Assembly (NCBI GenBank): GCA_937885575.1
Contig: CALABO010000008.1
Coordinates: 6,294 to 70,293, forward strand
Source of the DNA: an uncultured Pseudomonadota bacterium
GTDB lineage: Bacteria; Pseudomonadota; Alphaproteobacteria; Rs-D84
Length of the DNA: 64,000 bases
Reading direction: 5' to 3'
Of this stretch, positions 7,443 to 17,353 are shown piece after piece. Positions within the stretch are counted from its first letter, which is position 1; every line of letters starts with the position of its first letter. The notes below the pieces were generated by a model. It was not told where the DNA came from and did not search any database. It saw only the letters and a program-made list of their open reading frames with translations. A program made the translations under genes and the position numbers.

Positions 7443-8189
7443 CTATACATCCAATATCGCACCGTACAGAACTGCAAAGAAAAAACACACTGTTCCGGCG
7501 ATTACAAATAAATGCCAAATCGCATGCGAAAACTTTAATTTCCGCCAAAGGTAAAATACCACCCCAATCGAATACGAAAGCCCGCCGGCAAGGATAAACC
7601 ACAATCCCCGCGCCGGCACACGTGCCAACATAATCGGCAAAATAAATATCAATGTCCACCCCATCAACAAATAAAGCGCAACAACCCATTTGGGCTGTTG
7701 CCGGGGATTACGAATTTTGACTATTGCGCCAAAAATTACAATCGCCCATAAAATTCCGAACACCGTCCAACCCAAACCGCCACGCAAATTCACCAACAAA
7801 AACGGCGTGTATGTGCCGGCAATCAATGCATAGATGGCAACACTGTCCCACACTTCGAAAAAACATTCGCCACGCCGCCCAATAAGTGCATGGCACATTG
7901 TTGAACCAAAATAAAGCGTGAACATAGTGAACCCAAAAATCGCACACGACACAACCGACCAAGCGTTTCCGTAAATTGCCGCGAACACCACAAGCAATGT
8001 TAAACCCGCAATCGCAAGCCCAATACCAATTCCATGCGTTAGGATATTCAACACTTCTTCGCCATGCGTCGACCGCCGTTCCCATCGAAAAAGCCCTGTC
8101 GCGCGCAGACACCGCAACAACCGCGACGCATGCCGGTCGCCACGAACCCGCTTTAATTTCGTTCTAACAATTTTACGATTTTTGGTCAT
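7443..8189 (-). CDS. Hemolysin III family (PAQR) membrane protein
   Basis: 248 aa with multiple TM helices, a basic N-terminal extension, and an ATGA overlap with the gltX stop. Confidence 0.75.
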   Translation of the reverse strand: MTKNRKIVRTKLKRVRGDRHASRLLRCLRATGLFRWERRSTHGEEVLNILTHGIGIGLAIAGLTLLVVFAAIYGNAWSVVSCAIFGFTMFTLYFGSTMCHALIGRRGECFFEVWDSVAIYALIAGTYTPFLLVNLRGGLGWTVFGILWAIVIFGAIVKIRNPRQQPKWVVALYLLMGWTLIFILPIMLARVPARGLWFILAGGLSYSIGVVFYLWRKLKFSHAIWHLFVIAGTVCFFFAVLYGAILDV

Positions 8190-9760
8190 AATACGGCCTT
8201 TATCCTTTTAATTACCCTATCCTTGCCCATGACTTGCATGATAGAATAAAGGTCCGGCGTGTTTGTGCGACCCGAAAGGGCGACACGCAAATCCATCGCA
8301 ACATCACCATTTTTAACACCAAATTTTTCGGCAATCGCGACAATTTTATTCCACCACGTATCTTTGTCATCGGCAATATCAAACGTTTCCAAAAACGCCC
8401 GCAACACGTCCGCATTATATTTGTATTCCGTATTCGGCACAAACAATTCGTCAAAGAAAAATTCTTCAATGCCAAGTGTCTGTTTCCAAGTAATAAAATC
8501 TTTACGTATACGCCGGGGATTGTCGCGTTCAATGGCCAAAACCGCCGTCAAATAATCTTGGTTGGCAACCTGCATCTTTTGTTTTTCATCACCGTATTCA
8601 TTTGCCCATGTCACCACAGATTTTACCAAATCGGAAACCGTCATCGCGCCGATATACTCTTTGGCCCACCATTCCAATTTCTTCATATCGAACAGTGCAC
8701 CAGACATCGGAATTTTTTTTGGTTTCATTTCATATTCCCAGAAATTTTTCACCGCACCTTTTAACTTTGCCTCTTCATAACCCGATGCCAAAATGTTGCC
8801 AAGGTATTCCATCACCGATTCCACCGGCCAACCTTCCTGTAAAAAGAACGCGACATTACATTCAGGGTCTTTGCGTTTGGACATCTTGCGTTGCTTTCCC
8901 GTTTCCGCATCAATTTTATCAAGTGTTGCCGTATGAATATACACCGGTGGCGTCCATTCCATCATACGAAACAACTGATAGTGCATAGGCAGCGACGGCA
9001 ACCATTCTTCGCCACGCACAACATGCGTTGTCCGCATAAAGTGGTCATCGACCAAGTGCGCAAAATGATATGTTGGCAAACCATCATTTGATTTTATCAA
9101 AACCAAATCTTCATTACTTTCTGGAAACCCAATTGACCCACGCACCGCATCTTTACAGAAAATGCGTTTGCCGGGGTCGCCCGTCGAATACAGCCGAATC
9201 GTCGGCACTTCGCCATTATCCAAATGACGAATAATTTCGTCCGACGTTATATCGCGGTCACGTGCGAATTCGCCGTATACGCCGGTTCCAAAGCCCGCCG
9301 CAGTTTGTTCGGCACGTATTTTTTCCAAATCATTTGCGGTCAAAAAGCATGGATATGCACGTCCAGTCCGCAATAATTCCGCCGCCACACTATGGTAAAT
9401 ATCTTTACGTTGCGATTGATAATATGGACCATATTTTTCATCGTTGTTATATTTCAAACCAAAGTCACTCATCGCCCTTTTAACAACATCGACCGCACCA
9501 GACACTTCGCGCTTGGTATCCGTATCTTCAATACGCAACATAAAGACACCACCCGATTGCGACGCCAATTTATAATCAATCAACGCACCATACAAATTTC
9601 CAATATGCATAAAGCCCGTCGGGCTGGGCGCAAAACGCGTCACCATCGCGCCATCGGGCAATGCACGCGGCGGGAATTTTGCCTCTAATTCCGCCAAAGT
9701 ATATTTCGGTGCGGCGCCCAAAACGCGTGCGATTAAATCTTCGGTCAAACCTGTCCTCAT
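8186..9760 (-). CDS. gltX: Glutamate--tRNA ligase
   Basis: Class I signatures HIGN and KMSKR. The start was moved to ATG 9760 (AAGGA RBS 6 nt upstream); the track start is 9790. Confidence 0.85.
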   Translation of the reverse strand: MRTGLTEDLIARVLGAAPKYTLAELEAKFPPRALPDGAMVTRFAPSPTGFMHIGNLYGALIDYKLASQSGGVFMLRIEDTDTKREVSGAVDVVKRAMSDFGLKYNNDEKYGPYYQSQRKDIYHSVAAELLRTGRAYPCFLTANDLEKIRAEQTAAGFGTGVYGEFARDRDITSDEIIRHLDNGEVPTIRLYSTGDPGKRIFCKDAVRGSIGFPESNEDLVLIKSNDGLPTYHFAHLVDDHFMRTTHVVRGEEWLPSLPMHYQLFRMMEWTPPVYIHTATLDKIDAETGKQRKMSKRKDPECNVAFFLQEGWPVESVMEYLGNILASGYEEAKLKGAVKNFWEYEMKPKKIPMSGALFDMKKLEWWAKEYIGAMTVSDLVKSVVTWANEYGDEKQKMQVANQDYLTAVLAIERDNPRRIRKDFITWKQTLGIEEFFFDELFVPNTEYKYNADVLRAFLETFDIADDKDTWWNKIVAIAEKFGVKNGDVAMDLRVALSGRTNTPDLYSIMQVMGKDRVIKRIKAVL

Positions 9761-9804
9761 ATCAAATCCTTGTATTTTTAATATATGCATTTTATACTAA
9801 ATAT

Positions 9805-10434
9805 ATGGAAAAACAAGAAATAAGAACATTTGGCCGTCGCCACGGCAAAAAATTATCCGCCCGCAAAGAATCACTGGTTCGTGACACCTTGCCGGCGCTT
9901 TGCCCGCGCGCGAATGAAAAAATCGATATACTTGAAATCGGTTTCGGTTCGGGCGAACACGTGCGTGAATTGGCCATTGCAAACCCGAACTGTATCATAC
10001 TTGGCGCCGAACCGTTTATGAACGGCGTTGCCGCCCTGCTCTCTGGCATTTGCGATGAAAATGGCGCGGTATTGGACGAATACAAAAACATACGAATTTT
10101 TCCGGACGATGTGCGAATCGTTTTGAACGGCGGCGAATTTGGGTTTTCCGAAATCTGGATTTTGCACCCCGACCCGTGGCCCAAGGCACGCCATGAAAAG
10201 CGCCGATTGCTAAACGCGAATTTCCTAAATTTATTATCAAAAAATTTGGCGACGGACGGTAAAATTATAATCGGCACCGACCATTGGGAATACTATGATT
10301 GGATTCTGGCGCAGGTAAAAAACACGAACCTTTGCGAAACGAATTTATCGCACAACATTATCCAAACGCGTTATCAAAAAAAGAATATGGCCGGCACCGC
10401 CGAACCAAAATATATCATCCTTTCACGCCGGTAA
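9805..10434 (+). CDS. trmB: tRNA (guanine-N7)-methyltransferase TrmB
   Basis: SAM-binding motif ILEIGFGSGEH and HPDPWPK. The start is at ATG 9805; the track ORF from 9661 overlaps gltX. Confidence 0.8.
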   Translation: MEKQEIRTFGRRHGKKLSARKESLVRDTLPALCPRANEKIDILEIGFGSGEHVRELAIANPNCIILGAEPFMNGVAALLSGICDENGAVLDEYKNIRIFPDDVRIVLNGGEFGFSEIWILHPDPWPKARHEKRRLLNANFLNLLSKNLATDGKIIIGTDHWEYYDWILAQVKNTNLCETNLSHNIIQTRYQKKNMAGTAEPKYIILSRR

Positions 10435-11095
10435 ACGCACGCATATTTTGAACCAAGTCCGGTTGGATTTTTTGACACAGGCGTAAAACCTGACTTACGC
10501 GGAACATATTTTTTCCAAACCACAAATGCAAATCTGATTTCAAATTCCAATTATTTAGCATATCAAAAATAATTCCAACGAAATCAGAATTTGCATCAAA
10601 CGAATCGCCATGCGCCATTATCAAAATCGTATCGGGCGCAATCGCGCGCAACGCATCAAACACCACCGACCAACTTTGACCACGCATTTCATCAATATCA
10701 ATCGCAACCGAAAAAGTTTTATCAAAAAACAAATCATTTCGCACGGGTTTCATCGCATCGCAAAATTGCGACAAATCCGGAACATGAACAAAAACCTGGG
10801 CACCGACCGCACCGGACCTGAACGCACCCGTCACAGATTTTGCCAATTCCGACACCGTATCAATCACATCTTTATCGATAACAAAATCAAAACGATTCAC
10901 AATTTTGATATTATTTTTTTCAACCCACGGCCAAATTTCACCAGTTGCCGCACATGGCGCAGAAATTACCGATACTCCGGATTCCAACACCGCGTCCGCC
11001 ACCGCCGCCAAATCCGACGCATCGGTCGCCGAATCATCAATCCACCACGCCCGCATTTCCGACACATCATCAAAAAGATAATTCAGGTTCATCAT
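10415..11095 (-). CDS. Hypothetical protein
   Basis: 226-aa ORF with no recognised motif. Its 3' end overlaps the trmB 3' end by 20 nt (convergent). Confidence 0.5.
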   Translation of the reverse strand: MMNLNYLFDDVSEMRAWWIDDSATDASDLAAVADAVLESGVSVISAPCAATGEIWPWVEKNNIKIVNRFDFVIDKDVIDTVSELAKSVTGAFRSGAVGAQVFVHVPDLSQFCDAMKPVRNDLFFDKTFSVAIDIDEMRGQSWSVVFDALRAIAPDTILIMAHGDSFDANSDFVGIIFDMLNNWNLKSDLHLWFGKNMFRVSQVLRLCQKIQPDLVQNMRAFTGVKG

Positions 11096-11110
11096 AACAC
11101 TTTCTACTTT

Positions 11111-11129
11111 ATCACAATTGTGATATAAT
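11111..11129. promoter_or_regulatory. Palindromic divergent promoter region ATCACAATTGTGAT + TATAAT
   Basis: A perfect 14-bp palindrome at 11111..11124 gives TGTGATATAAT toward the plus gene and TGTGATAAAGT toward the minus gene. Both ATGs are within about 10 nt of the -10 element. Confidence 0.45.
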
Positions 11130-11138
11130 TTGAACGCG

Positions 11139-12095
11139 ATGAAAAGATTTTTTGAAAAATTTTTATGGGGTATTTTATGGCTATTGTCGATTACGCTTGT
11201 GACGACACTCTGGATGAATACAAATTATGGGTTTGATATGTTATCGGCAGCACATTGGGAATACCTTGGCACACTCCAAGCGAACCGTTCAGAAGTTAAG
11301 CCGGATTTTTACATATCACTTATTGGCGCATTATTCATTGCGCTAATTGGGCTATATTTGATTATGCGTCCACGCACACGGCGCATAAAACCAACCGAAC
11401 CCGCAAAATCAAATATAATTATTGTTTCGCAACAGCCCGTGGTTCAACCTGCACCAAAACCCGAACCCCCAAAACAGGAAAAAACAGAAACTAAAATTGA
11501 AAGAGGCGAACAAACTTTTACACCGCGTCCCGCGCCGGCAATATCTTTGAGCAACCGACCGATATCGCCGATGGGACTGCGCCCCCCAACCCAACAAAGG
11601 CCAACCACAACTGTGCCGACACCGCCACTGCAACCAACGCCAAAAATAAATACAAACGCGCCAGTCGCCCAAAATACAAATTCACCGGAAATTCAGCGCG
11701 CACTTGAATCATCCGGATACATCATTAAAAAGTGCGACCGAATTGGGAAATTGCAAAACCCAACGGTTGCCATCGCATACGACCAATCGGTATGGATTAT
11801 CGCAACCAAGGCATCGCCCGATACAATGGTTGATGCGATTCAGACACTTGTCACAATATTTGATGATACACTTGGCGAAACGGCAAACGACATCAAACTT
11901 CGTGGATTTATAATTGAACCCACCGAACCCGTAAAGCGCAGCGACAACATAATCATAACATTTGACAATACGGCCGATTTTGTGAAATATGTGAACGAAC
12001 ACAAAAACACAAAACCCGACGATTACGATGCCGAATTGTTCGAAGCGTTTTCTACTTACATCAGCACCGTAACCGGATATATTGGAAAATCATAA
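11139..12095 (+). CDS. Membrane protein with Pro-rich linker, hypothetical
   Basis: Two N-terminal TM helices, a Pro/Thr/Gln-rich linker and a C-terminal globular region. ATG 11139 is preferred over the track TTG at 11130. Confidence 0.55.
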   Translation: MKRFFEKFLWGILWLLSITLVTTLWMNTNYGFDMLSAAHWEYLGTLQANRSEVKPDFYISLIGALFIALIGLYLIMRPRTRRIKPTEPAKSNIIIVSQQPVVQPAPKPEPPKQEKTETKIERGEQTFTPRPAPAISLSNRPISPMGLRPPTQQRPTTTVPTPPLQPTPKINTNAPVAQNTNSPEIQRALESSGYIIKKCDRIGKLQNPTVAIAYDQSVWIIATKASPDTMVDAIQTLVTIFDDTLGETANDIKLRGFIIEPTEPVKRSDNIIITFDNTADFVKYVNEHKNTKPDDYDAELFEAFSTYISTVTGYIGKS

Positions 12096-12601
12096 TGCAA
12101 TGGAACCAATCAATTGCGGAAAAAAGATTATCTGACATGAAAATGCCGGACATGCCGGTTACCCCGATACAGCCAAAAATTGCCGCGGTCCCGGCGGATT
12201 GGTTTCCACAATATAAAAAACTATGTCACGAATTTATGCGTTCATTATCGGACTGTGTCCAAGAACTTGCGTTAATGAACCTTGGACGCGATGAATTTAT
12301 GGATTTATTGATGGGCCGCGCGTTGCCCGACAACCTGTCATTTCGATTCCGCGTTCCACTTATTTGGGGCGGCAAATTAGAAACCGAAAATATGTTTATG
12401 TGTTTCACATTTCCACAATCGCAAAACCTTGACCGATTTATCATCGAACAATACGGAAACGAAACAATCTGGTTGCCAAATCCTGAAAAGAAAATTTACC
12501 TACCGATACATTCAACTATTAGTGGCACCGGTGGCAACGCAACCGCCGACCGGCTTAGTCAATTCGCCGCAACAATGAACACCGGACGCAACCAATCATA
12601 G
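12095..12601 (+). CDS. Hypothetical protein with degenerate HNH-like segment
   Basis: 168 aa. The start overlaps the previous stop (TAATG). The segment FRVPLIWGGKLETENMFMC matches HNH spacing (PxxxGG-x5-N-x3-C) but lacks the His residues. Confidence 0.5.
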   Translation: MQWNQSIAEKRLSDMKMPDMPVTPIQPKIAAVPADWFPQYKKLCHEFMRSLSDCVQELALMNLGRDEFMDLLMGRALPDNLSFRFRVPLIWGGKLETENMFMCFTFPQSQNLDRFIIEQYGNETIWLPNPEKKIYLPIHSTISGTGGNATADRLSQFAATMNTGRNQS

Positions 12602-12611
12602 TGGGGGAAAT

Positions 12612-13040
12612 ATGAATCAACTGCTTGAATCTTTGAAACAACATGGCGCATTTTTTGCACCGGCCACATCGGCGGGTCAGATTACTATTTTAAATATGAA
12701 CCTGCAAAAAATTCGCGCCGCGATGTTACCAAACGAATTCATAAAGTTCTATCAAATTTGTGGCGGAATTAAACTTGGCAACGGATATATCTTTGGGCCC
12801 AACGAATACAAAACCGGGCGCGCGCACCCAATCCCCGACATATTGGCAATAAATCAAGAATTGACCAATATCCCATCCATGCGTGGCAAAACCGTATTTG
12901 GCCGAAATGATTTATTTTGGTTTGCATTCGACACATCGGGAAAGTGTATGATGATGGACAATATCGGACTACAAACATTGCGCCGATATGACGATATCTA
13001 CCGTGCAATATATGAATGTCTTGCCGGGGGAAAAATCTAA
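12612..13040 (+). CDS. SMI1/KNR4 (SUKH-1) family protein, putative immunity-type protein
   Basis: 142 aa. LPNEFIKFYQICGGIKLGNGYIFGP matches the SUKH LPxxYxxFL..NGG signature. GGGGGAAA RBS. Confidence 0.5.
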   Translation: MNQLLESLKQHGAFFAPATSAGQITILNMNLQKIRAAMLPNEFIKFYQICGGIKLGNGYIFGPNEYKTGRAHPIPDILAINQELTNIPSMRGKTVFGRNDLFWFAFDTSGKCMMMDNIGLQTLRRYDDIYRAIYECLAGGKI

Positions 13041-13041
13041 G

Positions 13042-13245
13042 ATGAAAAAATTATCTATATCTTTATCGGGGCATCAAACAAGCATTTCACTGGAAGACGA
13101 ATTCATCACCGCCCTGCACGAGATTGCACATAAAATCAAAAAGCCCGTTGCAAAAATCATCGATGAAATCGATGAAAAACGCGGCATAGGGACAAATCTT
13201 TCATCCGCGGTGCGCATTTATATTTTGAAATACTATCGTAAATAA
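13042..13245 (+). CDS. Ribbon-helix-helix protein (RHH_4-like)
   Basis: 67 aa. SISLSGHQTSISLEDEFITAL...NLSSAVRIYIL matches the alphaproteobacterial RHH_4 pattern. Confidence 0.6.
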   Translation: MKKLSISLSGHQTSISLEDEFITALHEIAHKIKKPVAKIIDEIDEKRGIGTNLSSAVRIYILKYYRK

Positions 13246-13249
13246 TTTT

Positions 13250-15262
13250 TTACTTTTTCCGTGTCACACCCGCAATCCATATCGTCCCCAAACACGAAAC
13301 GACAAGAATAATTATCATCCACATATCACGACCAAATTTTCTATACGCCGTCCTGTGCGCGCCACAAACCGTGCCGTCAATATGACCCGCGACACCAATC
13401 GGAATCGATGCCTCGACATTTCCGTCCGCGGCCACAAATGCACTTATACCCGAATAATCTGACCGCACAATCGGCACACCTGATTCAATCGCGTAACGCC
13501 GCACCATATCCAAATGCTGGTATGTCCCTGGCGTTTTTCCAAACCAATTATCATTTGTGATATTCACAATCGCGTTTGGTATTTTACCACGCGGAACAAG
13601 TGAATCTGAAAAAATAACCTCGTAACAAATCGCGGGCGCAAATGTAAAATTCTTGCCCGACAAATTCATTGTTATAAGTTCCGGCCCATCACCCGCCGTC
13701 AATTGTCCGGGCGTTGGAATTAAATCACCGAACGGTCGATATTCCCCAAACGGCACAAGGTGCGATTTGCTGTATACGCCGGAAACCGTGGCATCCGGAT
13801 TCACAATCAACATAGAATTATATAATTTTCCGTCATCAAAATAATTTGCACCAATCACCATAGGTTTATCTAAAACGCGCGCCATCGAAATAATATCCCC
13901 TGGCATCATAACAAACGGATACGCCGTTTCCGGGAACACAACCAAATCATATTCACCTTCGGCCGACGCAATTTCGGTCATCAGATTTATATTATGGTTC
14001 GCATTTTGCAACGCAGCCGCACGTGAATGTGTGGCTTTTTGCGCGGCACTTTGCGCCGGTTGCACAATCCTTATAACCGGCCGCGGCAAGACATCACAAT
14101 TATTTTGAACAAGGGTTATATTCCGCCGGCCATACAAAATTCCAACCACACCAAACATCAAAAAACATAGCAACACGAACCAATTTAATCCATCGCGCCT
14201 GTTTTTTATAATTTCACAAACCGCCGCAATAACACCAACAATTACAAAGGTAAGTCCCAGCGCACCATAAAGCGACATTGAATTTGCAACATATAAATTT
14301 TGCAACGATATATTCGCAATCGGGTTCCACGGAAACCCGGCGAACAACCATTCGCGCAACCATAAAACCAATGTCCAAACCGACGCGAACAAAAACGGTC
14401 TACACGCCGGATTTAGCCGTATAGAAGAAATTGCCAAAAATGGCGGTGTAAAAATAATTCCGCCCACAATACCGATTCCAACAATTCCGGGAATCGTCCA
14501 AATTGCAAATTGACTTGCTAATTCTGGCACAACATAAATACTGTTCAACACCCACCAAAACATAGCGATTGCATAAACCGCACCAAACGGGAAAACCCGC
14601 CAAAATTTTCGCCACGCCGAAACACCAACTAAATTTTTCAAAGACAATAAATACGCGCCACCAATACCAATCACCGTTGCCCACCAAAAATTAAATGGCG
14701 CAAACCCAAAACTTGCCACCACCGCACACAACGAATAAACTATTGTTCGACCAAAAGCCCCACGAAAGAACTTTTTCAAATTCATAACAAACCTTCCACC
14801 AGGACAACACGATTCATCGCTGCATACGCCGGATTCCGCCGTATAGGGATTTTTATACCCCAATTTTTTTAATATTGCCGTTTCCTTTTTTTCCATTTTT
14901 TCCGCATCTTTATCGTTCAAATGGTCATATCCCAAAAGATGTAAAACACCATGCACAACCATATGCGCCGTATGTTCTTCTAATGATATATTTTCACGCT
15001 TCGCCTCACGACGAACGGTGTCCAGTGATATAAAAATATCGCCCAACAAAACATCATCACCCAATTCAAAAGAAAGAACATTTGTCGGCTTATTTATCTC
15101 ACGATATTTTTTGTTTATCTTTTTTATTTCTGCATCATTCACCAGTGTAATTGACATCTCTGAATTCTTGTATACGGCCGTCACCGCGGCATTGGCGATT
15201 TTTTCGAAATCAATTTTATATTTTTTCCAACGTTTATCTTCGGTATTTACAAAAACGCGCAT
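13250..15262 (-). CDS. Fusion: rRNA maturation endoribonuclease YbeY + apolipoprotein N-acyltransferase Lnt
   Basis: Residues 1-140 are YbeY (HGVLHLLGYDH). After a Cys-rich linker (VCSDESCCPGG) comes a full Lnt with multiple TM helices and a CN-hydrolase domain. There is no stop between them. A GGGGGAA RBS precedes ATG 15262, and an internal ATG lies at 14785. Confidence 0.75.
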   Translation of the reverse strand: MRVFVNTEDKRWKKYKIDFEKIANAAVTAVYKNSEMSITLVNDAEIKKINKKYREINKPTNVLSFELGDDVLLGDIFISLDTVRREAKRENISLEEHTAHMVVHGVLHLLGYDHLNDKDAEKMEKKETAILKKLGYKNPYTAESGVCSDESCCPGGRFVMNLKKFFRGAFGRTIVYSLCAVVASFGFAPFNFWWATVIGIGGAYLLSLKNLVGVSAWRKFWRVFPFGAVYAIAMFWWVLNSIYVVPELASQFAIWTIPGIVGIGIVGGIIFTPPFLAISSIRLNPACRPFLFASVWTLVLWLREWLFAGFPWNPIANISLQNLYVANSMSLYGALGLTFVIVGVIAAVCEIIKNRRDGLNWFVLLCFLMFGVVGILYGRRNITLVQNNCDVLPRPVIRIVQPAQSAAQKATHSRAAALQNANHNINLMTEIASAEGEYDLVVFPETAYPFVMMPGDIISMARVLDKPMVIGANYFDDGKLYNSMLIVNPDATVSGVYSKSHLVPFGEYRPFGDLIPTPGQLTAGDGPELITMNLSGKNFTFAPAICYEVIFSDSLVPRGKIPNAIVNITNDNWFGKTPGTYQHLDMVRRYAIESGVPIVRSDYSGISAFVAADGNVEASIPIGVAGHIDGTVCGAHRTAYRKFGRDMWMIIILVVSCLGTIWIAGVTRKK

Positions 15263-15342
15263 AGCACATTCCCCCATATTTTATATTTGCCAATCAAATG
15301 TTTATTTTCTATGATTATACCATAAAACACGGAATAAATAAA

Positions 15343-16629
15343 ATGCAGAATAATTCACGTCCACTTGCCGATTTAATGCGCCCGAACACAATCGATGACG
15401 TTGTGGGGCAAACGGCGCTGCTTGGTGAAAACGGCATAGTCCGCCGTATGGTCGCGGCACATAAACTTTCGAACCTGTTGCTGTGGGGGCCGCCGGGCTG
15501 TGGCAAGACGACAATTGCGCGCGCACTTGCAAATTCGGTTGATATGGATTTTGTTCCCATGTCCGCGGTTTTTTCCGGCACGGCGGACATAAAAAAAACG
15601 ATGGAGGTTGCACGCACAAACGCGGCCCTTGGTCGTGGGACGCTTTTGTTTATCGATGAAATTCATCGGTTTAACAAAACGCAACAGGATACATTGTTAC
15701 CATACCTTGAAGACGGCACGGTGGTCTTTATCGGTGCAACCACCGAAAACCCAAGTTTTAACTTGAACAACGCGTTATTATCACGTTGCCATATTGGTGT
15801 ATTGGAACCGCTGAATACGGCGGATTTAGCGACACTAATTGAACGCGCGGAAAAATTTATCGGCAAAAAATTACCGCTAAGCGCGGATGCAAAAAAACAC
15901 CTTGCGGAAATTTCCGACGGCGATGCGCGATTCTTGCTAAACACGGTTGAATACCTGGTAAATGCAAAATTCAAAAAAAACCTTGGCCCCGACGAACTTG
16001 ATAACGTGATTCAAAAGCGCGCACCGCTTTCGGACAAAACCGGCGATGAACATTACAATATGATTTCCGCCGTGCATAAATCATTGCGCGCAAGTGATAC
16101 AGACGCGGCGCTTTATTGGGTTGCGCGCATGATGACCGCGGGCCAGGACCCAATGTACATTTTCCGCCGTCTTACAAGATTCGCAATGGAAGATGTTGGC
16201 CTTGCCGACCCGAATGCGATGCAAATTGCACTTGCCGCATGGCAGGTTTACGAACGCATGGGCAGCCCCGAAGGCGACCTTGCCCTTACCGAACTTGTAA
16301 TATACCTTGGGACGGCACCCAAAAGTGTTTCGGTTGACCGTGCGAAAATGGCATCTTATGCGGTGGCAAAACAAACATCAAACCTTATGCCGCCAAAGAA
16401 TATTTTAAACGCGCCAACAAAAATGATGCGTGAAATGGGATACGGCAAAGGTTATATCTATGACCCGGACACGGAATCGGGGTGCAGCGGGCAAAATTGT
16501 TTTCCCGAAAGTATGCAACGCCAAAGTTTCTATCATCCAATTGAACGCGGATTTGAACGCGAAATTAAAAAGCGACTTGAATACTGGAACGCATTACGCG
16601 CCCGTGCAAATAAAGATTCCGAAAGTTAG
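15343..16629 (+). CDS. rarA: Replication-associated recombination protein RarA/MgsA
   Basis: Walker A GPPGCGKTT and an MgsA C-terminal domain. The start is at ATG 15343 (MQNNSRPLADLMRP). Confidence 0.9.
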   Translation: MQNNSRPLADLMRPNTIDDVVGQTALLGENGIVRRMVAAHKLSNLLLWGPPGCGKTTIARALANSVDMDFVPMSAVFSGTADIKKTMEVARTNAALGRGTLLFIDEIHRFNKTQQDTLLPYLEDGTVVFIGATTENPSFNLNNALLSRCHIGVLEPLNTADLATLIERAEKFIGKKLPLSADAKKHLAEISDGDARFLLNTVEYLVNAKFKKNLGPDELDNVIQKRAPLSDKTGDEHYNMISAVHKSLRASDTDAALYWVARMMTAGQDPMYIFRRLTRFAMEDVGLADPNAMQIALAAWQVYERMGSPEGDLALTELVIYLGTAPKSVSVDRAKMASYAVAKQTSNLMPPKNILNAPTKMMREMGYGKGYIYDPDTESGCSGQNCFPESMQRQSFYHPIERGFEREIKKRLEYWNALRARANKDSES

Positions 16630-17333
16630 AACAAGATATTTATTTTTAGTCCGGTCGTAAACTTTTCCGATTCAAACGAATAATCGAAATGCCCAACATA
16701 TTGCGTTCGGCCATATTGCCGAACGATGCGTCCACCAACGGTTTCTTCGTCATAACATTTATCGGTCGCCTTGCGCAATGTTGCACCAACACCGACCCGC
16801 CAATCCGCCGTCACACGCAAATATAAATCAGGCGAAAAATCAATAAACGCAATTCCATGTTCATTGTTAAAAATCCAACTTGATTTCACGGTCGCGGCAA
16901 GTGTCACATGTTCATATTGTTGACCAAACCTGAACCCAAGGTAATAAACCGAATCCGCAAAATCCGGCGAACGCAACCGATGCGAACCACCAAACTTTAC
17001 ACCACCCAACATATCATAAATCAAATGATTATCCGCCGAATTCGCAATACGATAAAGCGCGTTCAAATCCGCACTTGAAAAACCACTTTCATCCCCATCA
17101 AAATCACGTTGGTAATAAAAATTCCCACCAACAACCAAACCATCAACAATACCATAGTTCAAATACTGACCCACACGCAAACCATTTTCAAAATAATCAA
17201 ACAATGTCTGGGACAATAACCGCCCGCGCGCCGTCAAAAATAATGGGTCGGACGTATCATCAACCAAACCTTCGGCCCGCGCACCGGTGCACCAAACCAA
17301 AGACATCAAAAACGCATAAAGAATTTTTTTCAT
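16626..17333 (-). CDS. Putative outer-membrane beta-barrel protein
   Basis: Signal peptide MKKILYAFLMSLVWCTGARA, alternating aromatic/Gly beta-strand pattern and a C-terminal Phe (KINILF). Confidence 0.55.
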   Translation of the reverse strand: MKKILYAFLMSLVWCTGARAEGLVDDTSDPLFLTARGRLLSQTLFDYFENGLRVGQYLNYGIVDGLVVGGNFYYQRDFDGDESGFSSADLNALYRIANSADNHLIYDMLGGVKFGGSHRLRSPDFADSVYYLGFRFGQQYEHVTLAATVKSSWIFNNEHGIAFIDFSPDLYLRVTADWRVGVGATLRKATDKCYDEETVGGRIVRQYGRTQYVGHFDYSFESEKFTTGLKINILF

Positions 17334-17353
17334 GTTTTTTATTCCCAGAAAAC

